A stretch of DNA of 64,000 nt from Bugula neritina (GCA_964035545.1 OZ037767.1:11604581-11668580), one strand, 5' to 3'; positions 50,001 to 63,424 are shown, counted from the stretch's first letter. Program-made: numbers and translations. Notes: generated by a model from the sequence alone, not told the origin.

Positions 50001-53000
50001 ACAGTATGCCTACAAAACTAAACACCATATAATGACACATCTACCTAATCCGTCACATTACACATGATTTGGTACAACTTGAAAATTCTGGAGCGTATTT
50101 TCTAGTTCATGTGAAAATATTGTGAGACTGAGAACTCAGGACCGAGTAGCTAGTGGTGATGACATGGCTGAGAAGGAGCTGAATGACTTGCAAGGAATGA
50201 AGGTGAGTTTGCTGTCATGGTATTCTATATTTTATAGACATACATACTCTGTTGATAATACAGCTAATTGTATATTACAAATAGTATATGGTACTTAGTG
50301 CACAAGATTTAGTGCATAGTACACAATACTTAGTACACAGTACACATTGCTTAGTGCATAGCACACAGTACTTAGTACTTAGTACACAGTACTTCGTACA
50401 CAGTACTTAGTGTATAGTACACAGCACTTCGTACACAGTACTTAGTGTATAGTACACAGTACTTAGTACACAGTACACATTGCTTAGTGCATAGCACACA
50501 GTACTTAGTACTTAGTACACAGTACTTCGTACACAGTACTTAGTGTATAGTACACAGCACTTCGTACACAGTACTTAGTGTATAGTACACAGTACTTAGT
50601 ACACAGTACACATTGCTTAGTGCATAGTACATAATGCTTAGTGCATTGTACACAGTACTTAATGGGCAGTGCGCAATGCAGCGTGTATGGTTGTTTAGTT
50701 AGATCCACTATTTTCTTTTTTTTCAGCAGATGAGATTTGATTTAGTGTTTTCTCATATAATGTGTCTTTTAGTTTAAATGTACTTTGAAATTTAAGATTT
50801 TCTATGCAGCAAAAATATGATTTAATTTTTAAAAGCTTGTGGAGGTAAAAAAGATACTTGAAATGTTTATAAGATGTGTTAAACTTTAACAGTAAACTTA
50901 GCATACTAAAGCTAGATAGTTATACACAAGATATACTGTTTTATATGCGTACATAAACAGTATTAGTCATTATACCATGTGGCAGATAGCTGTACAACTT
51001 CTATTTTGTTTTAGTACGAAGCCTATCATTGGATATATGCTTCTTGCATACTGATTATGGAGCTAGCCAATGAAAACATAGATTACAAACCTCTGGATAA
51101 AAAGTTTGACATGACCCAGTTCTCTAAGGCCCGCACAGGTGTGATGCTCTACCTTTCTTACCTCTAATTTAATTAATCAAAAATGTAAACAGCATAAAAC
51201 TTGCTATACTCAAAGTTAAGCTAACTCCTCATGCTTCAACTTGCATTGAAATTTGCATTTCTTCATCAACCTTGATTTAATGCAATTTTATAAAACATTT
51301 TTGCGAAATGTATAACGCCCTATTCCTATTATACTTGAGCTTAACTCATATATATTGTATGTTTGAAAATTTTATACTCTAATATATCTCAGATAAATAA
51401 ATCTTCCAATCCTTAAGTAGCGTCCGATTCCATTTATCAAAAACATAAACTTAGTTGCATGTATTGCAAATAAAGTTTTTTTAAGTATAATATGTTATAA
51501 TAGAACTAAACTTCAAATCTAAGTGAACTAAATAATGATAAGATCTGCGTATAAATAGGACTTTTTTTAATTAATATTTCAGCCAAATCCCATGTACTCG
51601 ATTACATGGAAAGCTTGGAAAATACCGGTGAATATGGGTTTTGCAATATGTTTTCATGTTACCATGCCAACGTTTACTTTATATTGTTACACGCACATGT
51701 TAGTAATACAACTGCAGGCTTCCAATATATATATTTTCTTGTTTGCTCTTCCTCTTGAATTTTATTTCTTAGAGCTTTTTGTTTTCCCTGAGTGATGATT
51801 TTTAATGTGGCTAAGCAATGGGTGGGCTAGGTAGTGAGAGCACCCACAATAAATATCAAGTGGGTAACGTGAATATCATGGCTACCAGCCACCACCTATT
51901 TCGTGTTGCCTTGTCTGAAATGACTGCCATAAAACTTCTCTAGTCATAGTTGTGAGACATTAACCTGGTCATTTTTAGGTTAGCTGCATTGCTGAAACAT
52001 GATGCAAACTACACTATATATAGGGGATGTTAGTTGTGATGTTGTCTCTTATCAAAGCCTCAGTACCTTAATTATAGCATTGTATCATTATGCTGTAAAT
52101 ACTATCATAATCATGATAGGAGCTCACATACTAAGGGAGGAAGTTTTATGACGGTCGTATGTTCCACTTGCACGTTATTTTCTGTATGTGATGTTATTAA
52201 AATGTGTATAATTTTGTAAAACTGTCCATTTGATACTGAGTTAGTACTGTACTTACCCTTACTTTGTAAATACTGTACTATACTTACTTAGCAACTACTG
52301 TACTATACTTACTTAGCAACTACTGTACTATAATAACTAAGGAAATACTTTACACTGTATAGTATGTTCTGTGAGATAATGACGCAGGTCTGTAGACAAA
52401 GTGCAGAGTACAAAATATCCACACAACAGCCTCTCTGCAAACTTTCTGCTCATTTAGTATTAAGTTTCTGTTGATTTCGAGTCTAGAGATCCTTCATTTT
52501 ATACAAAACTTCCATCATTTTGATTTCTAGTTGCATATCCTTATTATAAGGAAGAGCTCAATGGTAAAGTTAAATATTTGTTTCCACCTTTGTTGCGGAT
52601 TGTCATGTTTCTCGGTGTGATAGACTGATAGTGTAGTACATATAATAGTTACAAGCTCTTCCCACCCAAACTCATGGATTCATGTGTGGCCAGGTGGCCT
52701 GAAGAGGCACCCAGGCTTGCATATTATGGTTCTACATGATTTTCTTTTCTTTTAAACTGTTATTTCTGAAAATATTCACATTTCTATCTTTTCAACAGTT
52801 AAAGAATTGCTCTATCTTGTCTAATAAATGGCCATTTAGGTCAAACACACATAATATTGTGTTTTTCTAAGCATGCATTGACAAAAAGCATTTGACCAAA
52901 AGTAGAAAAAGTTAGTTGAAGTTGAGTGTGTAGATTGGTAACAGCCAAAACGCCGATTTTGAAATGAGCTGGGAAATGTGACGTAACAGCGCCAGCATTC

Positions 53001-56000
53001 CTGCTGGTCACGTGACTATACAAATGAATAACTATAGAAATATGACTGTGAGATGTGATCTTCCAGCTTGTAATTTGTATATTTATAGAAGTGCAAATGT
53101 GAATTATCTCAATCTATAGTTTTTTGACATTTTAAATAACATGTATGTAATAACATTAGGCCATATTTTGCTTGTAAACATTAGAAAAAAGCATTGCAAA
53201 AACATGCGTTCTTTAGGATGAATGCCTGCGATCGATCTAAACTAGGTCAGATTGTGCAATATTACGGGCACACCAAAGCTGACCTATATAGCGCACTGTA
53301 ACTGCTTGAGCGTTATTGGTTGATATTGTGCTCAGCAACCTTGAATACTAGCGTTATAGTTAGCACGTGCAGCATAGTTACTGGCGTTCACACGTCACGT
53401 ATTAGGCTATTCTTTTTCATGGCTGAAAATTTTACCGCCCTCAAAATTGGAATTTTGAAAAGCTGTTTTCTAGGCATATATCCCTTTGCAAAGTCACAAT
53501 TGTTTGCATACACATTAAATTATAGTTCATAATTATAATGTGATTGTAATAAACTAAGATTGAGCAATCCTTTAAAATCAGCTCTTGTAACCATACATTG
53601 ATTTACAATTATTGACTACTTAGATATTTAACACACTTTGTACAATGACACAGTGCAAAATATGTCTCACAAAAAGGTAACATCTAATATTAAGTCACCT
53701 ACCTTAGTATGTCTAAATTTGTCCAAAATTATGTATATTTATAGACCTTTGAACTTTTAGTTTAATATGAGCAGAGATAAAATATATTGAGGCGTTTGAT
53801 TCTTGCGTAGCTAACTAATTTAACAAACTAGTTTAGAATTTTGGTTTGTTCTCAATACAACCTGCTGCAGTGTATTGAATGTACTATCAGAAGTGTAAGT
53901 TACAAATGTATTATAAGCAAATGTTGATGCATTACTTATATTGTATCACAGCTGATGCTCAGTCTAGTGTGGCTGGTGATGACGAACCACCGGCTGCAAG
54001 TTCTGATGTGAGGAGGGAAAATTCTGTACCAGAAAAAGATTCATCTTCTGTGAGTCAATTTCATAATTGAATGTTATAATTAGAATCTACCATTTTGTTG
54101 GTATAGACTCGAATACCCACACACATACAAACATACACACCCACACACATACAAACATGTACCTAATCATAATGCATTTTTATTCATTCATACAGCAACT
54201 ATATATCATTATATTACTACTGTATTACTATGACACAACTATATTAATTAATGATATTATACTACTATATTTTTACTATTAGGTTACTATTGCATTGATA
54301 TTATATTACTACTACATTACTATTATATTACTATTATATTACTACATTACTATTATATTACTATATTGCACCTCATGGTTGGCAAAAAAATTAAGGGTAA
54401 GCAACTCATGATTTCTTACAATGCAGGAAAATGAATCAGCTGAAGCCACAAACGTCTTGAAAGTAGAAGAAGCAGAAGCTGGGACAGAAGCTGGGACAGA
54501 AGCTGGGACAGAAGCTGGGACAGAAGCAGATAGTGTTGAACCTGATGCTGAGAAGGCCATGGAGCCTGTACCACCCAGTCAACCCAAACCTGTAAGACTT
54601 TATCATATTTTGTGCCACACTTGTTGGTTATTGCAGCTTAACAGCAAAAGCTACCTAGTAAGAGAGTGTGAAATAAGCAAAACCTTTTTAGCAACACAAT
54701 TTTTCCCTCTATGAAATATAACTTTCAAACCTGTAACCTTCAAACCTTCAACTTTCAAACCTGCAACCTTTAAACCTTCAAACCTGCAACCTTCAAATAT
54801 TTAGCCTTCACAGCTTTAACCTTCAAACATCTATTCAAAGCTTATAACTGTTGTAGAGATCGGAAGGCTCTAGACCAGCGTCTGCCGTAAAGCAGGCTGG
54901 CCACACTCCTGGCCCAAGTTCTCGCCAACCTTCAGCCTCAGGCTCAACTGAAAAGTCTGCTGAAATGTCAAGGCCACCTTCTATTAAGAAAGATGATAGC
55001 CTTAGTAAGATAGAAGTTATTGGCAGAGATGACAATACTAGACCAGCCGTGCTCCCCGAGCCTACCCCTGATGAGGTATGGTCTTGTTTAGAGATGCTGG
55101 ATTTATATGTTACTATGAAGCATTTGGCTGGTAACAGTTATGGTGATTCATAGACAAACATTAGAAAAATGTTAAAAGCATTATTTGTTTGAGAAGAAAA
55201 TTCGTTAAAAAGACTGCTTGAACCAATCAAAATATTTTTACTTACAGAACACAATAATTGATTGCTTACCAGGGGGTGGGGGTTTGGTTTATTGTAAAAC
55301 TAAAGTGAAAACAGTTACAAACTTTATTTAGAGATTTTGAATTTAGCTTTAAATTAATTGATAAAAAGTTATAATATTGAGATTATAATTGATTTAATGA
55401 AGTTTTAAACATGAGAGCTTGTACAACTGTCAGCCAGTCCACTAGAATGTCTTATGCTATCTGAAATCGTTTCAGCCTCCTCCAAGACCCAGTAGTGGTA
55501 TGCCGATGGCTGTGGACTCTCAAAAAGCATACGATGCTCTAAAAACTGTTCAGAAGCTACAAGTTCAGTTGCTGTAAGTCATCTTTCTCCCGTATCGCAA
55601 ATACCCAATACAAAAAGAGGGCTTCTTAGTAGATATAGAAACTGCATGCTGCTAAGGCATGGACTTCTACTACTAAAGTTAATGCAAATAACATTTTGTT
55701 TAGAGTGGTTAAATTTGAACCTAAGTATTTTTAATTTTTTTCAATTGATTCAGTTTTTAAGCAGAAATTCAATACAGAAAAAACAGGAAAATAAACTAAA
55801 TTTCTGCATTTTTCTGTTTGCAGAGTATAGATTTTGATGTTGATTGATTATCACTTAACTAGATTGCTGTTAGCTGGTGTTACCTACTCTATATAACTGT
55901 TATTACCTGGTCGCCTATTATGGCTAAAGGTTTTTACTTCATACAGTGATTAAAAATTATTGTTTGCATGCTGGCCATTCATCTCAACAACTTAATAACT

Positions 56001-58003
56001 TCCCCTGACTTACTATGACTTATTTTAACTTACTATGACTTGCTTTGACTCACTATGACTCGCTTTGACTTACTATGACTTGCTTTGACTCACTATGATT
56101 TGCTTTGACTCACTATGATTTGCTTTGACTTACTATGACTTACTTTGACTCACTATGACTTGCTTTGACTTACTATGATTTGCTTTTTACTTACTATGAC
56201 TTGCTTTGACTCACTATGACTTGCTTTGACTTACTATGATTTGCTTTGACTTACTATGATTTGCTTTGACTTACTATGATTTGCTTTGACTTACTATGAC
56301 TTGCTTTGACTTACTATGACTTACTTTGACTCACTATGACTTGCTTTGACTTACTATGATTTGCTTTGACTTACTATGATTTGCTTTGACTTACTATGAT
56401 TTGCTTTGACTCACTATGATTTGCTTTGACTTACTATGACTTACTTTGACTCACTATGACTTGCTTTGACTCACTATGACTTGCTTTGACTTAGTATGAC
56501 TTGCTTTGACTTACCATGACTTGCTTTGACTCACTATGACTTGCTTTGACTTACTATGACTTGCTTTGACTTACTATGACTTGCTTTGATTTACCAAGAC
56601 TTACTTTGACATAACATAACTTGTTTTGACTAACTTTGACTTGCCCTGACTCTGTACAACTAACAGATTCAATAAACTTACACAATAAAACTTACACCTT
56701 ATTTCTAATAGTTTATAAGAAGCGCCCAAAAGCAAATACTTTTAAAACTTTCTAAGCTATACATATTAATCTACATTGTTAAAACAAGAATATAATATAT
56801 CTCAGTTGTCACAAATGTCTCTAACTCACTTCTGCATCAACAGAGAGACAGAGCAAAGAGCTCAAACTGCTGAAGAAAGTGAGGCTAAGAAATCTGCTGA
56901 GCTGGTTGAAGCTCTGAAAAAGCTGCGAGCTTTAGAGAGACAGATGGAAGAGTTGCAGAGTGGTGGTCGCGTGTCTACTCCCAAACCCGCTGCTCCACCA
57001 GCTGCAGCTGAGTATGTCTGAGCAAAATATTTAGTTTATATAACAACTGCCTCCAAGTGTGGTGATGGAGATATTTCAATTGAATTTCATACAAATTTTG
57101 GGTTGAGATTTAAGATAATCTTTTTTGCATGAATTCAACAGGCTTTGCATGGTCCATCATCTGAAACAGGGGCTTTTTAAAATTTGTCACCTCAATTTTT
57201 TAGGGGATTTTTAGAGAAATATTAAAAACTTCAATAACACAAATGAACTTTATTTGCATGTAAACTTAAACTCATTCATATATAGATGTCGTGAAAAACT
57301 TCTGACTCTTCACTTGTTTCTTTATATTCAGACTCTAATCTCTTATGTGTATTTTTTGAAGTGGGTGTTGTAATGGAGAAATTAGTTAAAATAGCCTAAG
57401 TTCCAGATGGGAATATAGCAAACAAGTCATATACTCGAGATAACCTCAACCTGTACCATAAACCTAAATTCATTAATAAAGTTGAAGGCATAAAAAACCC
57501 ACCCAGGTTTATAGTCACCATCCCCTTATGTGCAGAGTTTTTAAAGGGAGTTAAGGACTTATTCAGATTGGGCACATAAATAATTATGACTGGATGCTCT
57601 TCCTAACATCGCCAATGGGCTTTGCTGGGGTTCAAACTCATGACTCCGTGTTTACTAATTGCCAGCACTCTACCCACTATGCCACAGCACTCTACCCAAT
57701 ATGCCGCAGCTGCTCTCTAATTGAGACTATAAAAGTTTCTCCTATTGTGATCATTCCTTGAGGAACGTTTCATGCTCTCTAAATTGTGACTGTTACCTGA
57801 CAAGTGAGAACTGGACAATTCAGTGTTGTTTCCAGTTTAGGATATTCTCAAAGTGTTGCAACATTTACATAAATATTTGCAGAGATACTGCTTCACCAGG
57901 GGCAGCGGCACCTTCCTCTCTTACCAGCTCGGAAAAAACTGAAGCTACTAAAAAGAAATCTAAATCTGGACGACCAAGCTCCCAGTCTAAAAAGAAGAAA
58001 TAA
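32092..58003 (+). CDS. AXDND1: Axonemal dynein light chain domain-containing protein 1, 25 core exons (~1133 aa) plus candidate optional exons
   Basis: Core exons 32092-32212, 32376-32530, 33036-33139, 33725-33916, 34923-34979, 35267-35375, 35797-35966, 36492-36584, 36853-36919, 37059-37217, 37437-37705, 39527-39608, 39866-40045, 40710-40858, 43603-43722, 48727-48820, 49239-49429, 50106-50202, 51015-51138, 53952-54049, 54427-54591, 54857-55075, 55476-55573, 56844-57011, 57883-58003 are phase-consistent. Motifs: VWNH..RRDRLKHLTD..GAGRDISFLYDV, LVPDEYHIV, VFPSM, and the p28/DNALI1-type core [27 protein letters not shown], followed by long coiled coils. Confidence 0.85.
33399..33510 (+). mobile_element. 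tRNA-derived SINE copy
   Basis: GCAGCTGTGCTCTAATGGATAG (A-box-like) ... GGTTCGAATC (B-box, 33450) ... TTGGTGATGTTAAGAAGGGCATTAAGTCATAATTGC. Reverse complement of the other three copies. Confidence 0.72.
35034..35149. mobile_element. ~115-bp hairpin MITE (same family as 41296-41410)
   Basis: Arms ATACAGCACAACATTAGGGGTCATG / CTCAATGACCTAAAAATTTGTGCTGCAT. Loop GGTGGGTTGGAGATCAGACAACGATG resembles the reverse complement of the 41340 loop. Confidence 0.55.
38367..38604. mobile_element. Degenerate TIR element (MITE-like)
   Basis: ATCTGAAATGAGCATTTAGACGTT ... AACGTTTCAATGCTCATTTCACAGAT inverted ends; no clear TSD. Confidence 0.45.
41296..41410. mobile_element. ~115-bp hairpin MITE
   Basis: AAGCAGCACAAAGTTGGAGGTTATTGAG / CTCAATGACCACCAACTTTATGCTGCTT inverted arms. 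A related copy lies in the opposite orientation at 35034-35149. Confidence 0.65.
44791..46035 (+). CDS. THAP zinc-finger protein (N-terminal part of a Kolobok transposase), 3 exons, ~206 aa if exon 3 runs to the TAG
   Basis: Exons 44791-45050, 45544-45702, 45834-46035 splice in frame. C2CH THAP: CEAAMC...FKWP...W...RLCFQHF, with the AVPTI box supplied by exon 2 (LEKTAVPTIH). Followed by a basic tail ending in RSKAVQC. The 3' end is uncertain. Confidence 0.85.
46423..48154 (-). pseudogene. KolX / P2X7 cytoplasmic-ballast-like Cys-rich protein, 3 exons, one in-frame stop
   Basis: Minus-strand exons 48154-47954, 46947-46740, 46646-46423 are phase-consistent (633 nt). Acidic N-terminus with GYQFEP, then EWCTCHRC..QSVCC..CITQHPG, then RFCSYRFLVFWLFP..GERRPLPACLYDWVQATFP. 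A TAA at 47959-47957 lies one codon before the exon 1 donor. Confidence 0.82.
48866..48976. repeat. 12-bp minisatellite (GATGACTCATAA-like)
   Basis: Direct reading. Confidence 0.8.
50291..50660. repeat. 7-bp-based satellite (AGTACAC/AGTACTT/AGTGTAT) with a 133-bp higher-order period
   Basis: TACACATTGCTTAGTGCATAG recurs at 50341, 50474 and 50607. Confidence 0.9.
52803..53571. mobile_element. Non-coding Kolobok-type element (TTAA TSD, AG..CT ends), 769 bp
   Basis: TTAA|AGAATTGCTCTATCTT ... AAGATTGAGCAATCCT|TTAA (14/16 TIR match). Interior is richer in CpG and contains ACGT-core motifs (GTGACGTAAC, GTCACGTGAC, CACGTCACGT). Confidence 0.65.
56006..56650. repeat. 20-bp minisatellite x~32 (GACTTACTATGACTTGCTTT; 10-bp subunits)
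   Basis: Direct reading. Confidence 0.95.
57553..57712 (-). mobile_element. tRNA-derived SINE copy with a 22-bp tandem duplication in the head
   Basis: Same body as the 17498 and 62585 copies; CAGCACTCTACCCA(C/A)TATGCC(A/G) occurs twice. Confidence 0.75.
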
Positions 58004-58635
58004 GCACGAAAATTGTCAGACATGAAACTCTCACTGCTGTTAAACTAATTCCTTTTTGTTGAAGCTAATTGCAGGGACACTGCAGTTACTCTGCTGCGTT
58101 GACTAAGGTGGAGTTTGGACAGCTTCATGCATGCAAACTCATTGATATTCTGTGGGAGTTATTTTCTTATATGTTTTGACGTTTTCCTGGTGTATTTTTG
58201 AGCTACATCCATTTTGTTATATTCACATATTAAAATAATTACGTTTCATAAAAAAATTTGTTTGCTACTTTTTAATCTGTAAATATATACAGAACTTTCT
58301 GATATTTATTTTGCTCCTCTCTGTTTTATGAAACAATGTTATCTCTACTTGGTCTACTTCTCTATGCTCAATATATTACTTTAGTCTTGTTGTTTACCTC
58401 AAAGCGTCTTGTAATAAAATGTCAAATATAAGCACTCTATTGTATTATTATAAACTATATAATGAATATAATGAAAGCTATCACTACATGTATTCTTGAA
58501 AGCTTAAAATTATCACCAACTTGCAAGTGATGGTCAGCTCTAAGATTTATTGCTCACACTTTTTGATTGACTGTTAAGTTATAAAAAACACTTAGCAAAC
58601 TGCAAATAAATGTGTCAGGCTTTGACTATTAGACC

Positions 58636-59026
<391 letters not shown>

Positions 59027-59301
59027 TATTTTTTATTTAAAGCTTCCAAACAACATTTCTCAGTCATCATATTATAAAACTCTCAAACAGTGGAGTGTTA
59101 AGATTATGCTTTATGCAGCACAATGACTTACTCCACGTCATGTACTCATTGCTAAACTAAATTGCTATCAATCTTGTAACCAGTAAAACTTTATGAGTAA
59201 ATTTGAACATGAAGTTTATTCTTTATCTCTGGAACGTTTTTCAATATTTGATTTATAATGATAATTGGCTCATCAAATTGCTACAAAGTGTATTTACTAC
59301 A

Positions 59302-60468
59302 ATGGTGTACTGTCTGGTCTTTCTAGTATGGTGAGTAAACTTAACCAGCTGTATTTATTTCACTTTATTAAATTTTATCACATTATGAAGACACTGTTGT
59401 TCATTACTATTCAATACTAGTTAAAAATTCACTTAAAAATTTAGTTCTATAATATGCAGTTTATAGTTTTTTTTTTATAAAAATTAGACACATAGTTACA
59501 ATTAATCAGTGCATACTGCTTTGAACTTTGCAGCAAACACCTAGTAAAGACCTTTGAAATAAAAGGAGATAGAATGACAAGCCAAATGAAGTGTCAAATG
59601 AGACATGTGGCCTTTGTCTTCTATAAGACCAGAATTAATCAGGCTCTGCATATTCAACTGATTCAAAGACTGAATTACAATTTTGTAAATAATGCAATAA
59701 AATACGGACCTGCTGAGTCTACAGGAACAAAACTTTCAATTGCAACTCTTATAAAGCTCAATTATGGTTCTCCCCAACTCTACTCGAGTGTTACTGCAAA
59801 CAGTTTCATATTCAATAAAGAGTGTGAAGGGAAAAGTGTTAAAAATGTTGATGGAATTGAAAGAAAAAAGAAACCTAGGAACATGTTCATACCAGACCCC
59901 ATAATTCAACAAATTTACAACAATTTTCTGCAAAAGGCCATTACATACAAAAAGAAAGAAGGTACAAAAGAACAAGCCGAAGATATAACTGAAACAAGTT
60001 CAGAACAAACTGAGAGCATTTCTCGAACAAATAATGAAATCCAGCCAATGACTAACAGCCACATGGCCAAAACAAGAAAGATGCCTGCCAGAAGCATCAC
60101 TGAGATATTTTTGAACTCAGGAGCGGCAAATGAAGAACTTGAGATCAAACTAAGTGAAGATGCAAGTGACGGCGAAGTCTTTGAAATGGAAGAAGTCAGT
60201 GATTGCAGAACAGTGTATTGTAAGTGCATAACTATTTGATAAAGTTTTTCTAAAACAATTTACTTATAATAGTCAAGATATAATTAATATCTATATTATA
60301 GGTAAACAACTTAGTTGGCTGTATTGAAATTGAAATCCACTCGACTAATTATTCCTCCTTATAGATAAAAAGGAGTCTACCAGACAGCAGCCCAAAGAAC
60401 CAGAGAAGCAGACGCTAAAGACCAGAATCTGGAATATCATCATCTGTAACACATGCAAAGCTGAGTGA
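59302..60468 (+). CDS. Uncharacterised 3-exon gene model, ~272 aa
   Basis: Exons 59302-59330 (ATG..TG|gtgagt), 59534-60219 (tttgcag|..T|gtaagt) and 60365-60468 (tag|..TGA) join in frame (819 nt). Includes the 221-aa ORF of the track. No recognisable domain; acidic/Ser-Thr-rich C-terminal half. Confidence 0.6.
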
Positions 60469-62584
60469 AACAGTGGAATGAATAAACTACAATGGAAAGT
60501 AATTAATTAAAAAGCTAGTGACTCTGCAGAAATTAATTGATGACCCAGTTCACTCAAAACTACATTATCTAGATATATAGACTTAATTTGCTAGTCAAAG
60601 GTCAAGTTCAAATACTGCTGTGGAAAATATGTTATATCACAATAGCTCATAAAAGTCTTTTGTAACTTTCACAATACGTCGACATATTGTCCAGTTATTT
60701 GGTTCAAACATTATTAATGCTGAAATTTTTTGGGCTTCAATAATGCAAAATATATTTGCAAAAAAAAACAAACCAAAACTTCTTTCAAACTCTCAAATCA
60801 AGTTGGCTATAACATAAGCAGTAATAGAATTTGTAACATATTAAAACTGTGTCTGATGAATAATAACTAAATATAACCAACATTAAACTACTATAGTTAT
60901 GTGATTAACACAAATTAGTACCTGGAAATAGCTTGATTGAATAATTGCATAACTCCCAATTACCAGTTTTTTTGAAAAGATTGACCAATTTTCGGTCAAT
61001 TGTTCAATAAAACAGTGTGCTCTCAAAAAAACATATGCATGTAAATAAATTAAGTAACTTTTCCAAAAATCACAAAAAAGACAATACGCTAAAAGGCAAT
61101 ACAATCATTATTGTTAACTCTTTAACTCTATCAGCAATGACAAACTACACATTTATTACATTTACATGACCAGTAGTACTACTAGCATCAAAATAGTTAT
61201 AAATACATCACAGTAATTTGTAACATCTGTTGAAAGTGCCTGGCCATTACTTACAACTACCTATTAATTGACATTAAATAAAGAATACTATATAGTGCTA
61301 TCAAATATAACAGTTGTAAATATTGGTTGCATGCAAAATAATGCAAAATAATGTTGAATTGAATATTTTCTTGCTAATGCATAACAAAAATCTGCTTGCT
61401 GCTTGCTTAATAGTTAAAACAATTAAATTATACAATAAACAGTACTGGTTCAACATTCACACAGGGTCGCTCAACTCACTCCTTTTTAAGGTACGTTGTG
61501 CTAAAAACCTTACAGTCAAAATATGGGCTTTATCTTAGTGAGTAAAATGTTTATGAATTAAGTTTACTGGACAAAGACAGCAACATATGACCGATTTTCA
61601 TGGTGCTGGCCTTTAGATTGGCAACAAATTTTCTTAAAACCTATGATCAAAAACGAAAGTTTTGGTTCAACTAGCCCCACCTTCACCTGAAGAAAATGAT
61701 TTTTTTGGTGAAGCTATTTGAATGACAGTATTTATTAAAATGCTGCAAACATAATTATCTTTGAAAATATTAAGTAATCTCTTCAAACAGTACTAACATG
61801 CATGCATTTAAATTTAAAATTTTTTATAAACAATTTGTTATGAGTGCGTAGGCAAAACAATTGAGTTAATTCATGTTTTCCAAGAAAAAATATTATGTGT
61901 ATACTAAATAGCCTATTCACTTTATATCTAACTTATCATTAGAATTTAGCAAATTAATCAAAATTAATGCCACATTTTAAAAATATCGCTTCAAAAAACC
62001 ATATTATGCCATCAATGTAAGATGTGTAAGAGTGTGACTGTAACCATTCACTGCTGCTGACAACATATGATAGCTTTAATCAAGAGCATAAAATAAATCA
62101 ATGCATGACAACTCAAACTCACAATTATAGTTAGACTTTTGTATTACCATAATAGAAGCTCAATGTGTTATAGTCCATACGCTTTATGTCCATACCTGAA
62201 GTTAGCTATATGAATATTAGATAGAATTAGGTATTATAATTTAAAATATTGAAAATAGCATCCCAAAATATAAAATATTAATTCTTCAAAGGCCATAAAA
62301 GTTATTTATATATTTTGTAATAAAGTAAGTTACTATATTATCTTCACAGTAAGCTTTAATCTTAACCAAATTTTAACCATTAGAAACAATCTGCTGTTTG
62401 AAAACTCCAAAGGATCTAACATAATGCTGCCATGATGAAGTAGCATAGAAGTGTAGTTTCAAGTGTGGGAGTGTGCAGAAAAACTCAGCTTGGTCATATG
62501 AGCACACTCACACAAGTTTAGAGTCATCATCTCTGTAAGAAAACTCCTGATGGAAGAGGTTTGTGTTTATAAAATAGGTAGGTT

Positions 62585-62726
62585 AAGGACTTATTGAAAT
62601 GGGGCACATTAGCAATTGTATGACTGGACGCTCTTCCTAATATCGCTAGTGGCCTTTGTCAGGGGTTCGAACCCACGACTTCGTGTTTATCAAGCAATAA
62701 CACTTTAATTCCTAGACCACGGCTGC
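62585..62726 (-). mobile_element. tRNA-derived SINE copy
   Basis: Same family, with intact B-box GGTTCGAACC and 5' end GCAGCCGTGGTCTAGG on the minus strand. Confidence 0.78.
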
Positions 62727-63424
62727 TACCTCAGTCATATAAAGCTGAGTATAAATTTCACCTCACTTATCATAATTTACTTAAACTATTATTAGTTTAA
62801 GTTCAAGCTTACAAATTATAGAAATGGTGGAGCATGAAAAGTCTTACCAGTATCAATGCAGTATAGCTGATTGCAATGTATTATTATGACAAAATTACAG
62901 AGTTCTTTATACTGGTTATAACTTTGAAGTTATAGCATTGTATATAATAGACTTTGCTCCTATGTTATAAGACAACTAGATAATTCAAAAGCACAATGCC
63001 ACTTGGATTATTATTGGTCTTCAATATAATACAATTGTGTAATTTAGGAGTTGTCCTTTTTCGGAAGTTAGTTAGAGACATTATAAGTCTAACGCACGCC
63101 TGCACATTGTAATACAAGAAAATACAAAGTTTCGAAACAAGCTCTGTGTCTTGTTTACAGTTTATATATGGCGCGCAATTTACCTCTTGCGTTAACCGTA
63201 ACTATGGCAATTAATATTATAACCTTCAGCTGGGTTATTTTTCGAAGTGATCTAGTCCCACTCACTAGATTTTATTTCGTTTGTGTTTCGTATCTTGTGG
63301 TTTTTCTACTTTTCCTAAGCTGTTACAAGTGTAAAGGATTTTTGTATTTATAATTTAGGTTCAAATGCAGTCATTCAAAGCGTTTCTGTTCTTCAATACA
63401 GTTATCCTGTTCAACTTCCAGGTC

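Noticed and set aside
53624-53676. Possible AXDND1 exon (tag|ATATTTAA...AAAG|gtaaca)
   Set aside because: Immediate in-frame TAA in the required phase.
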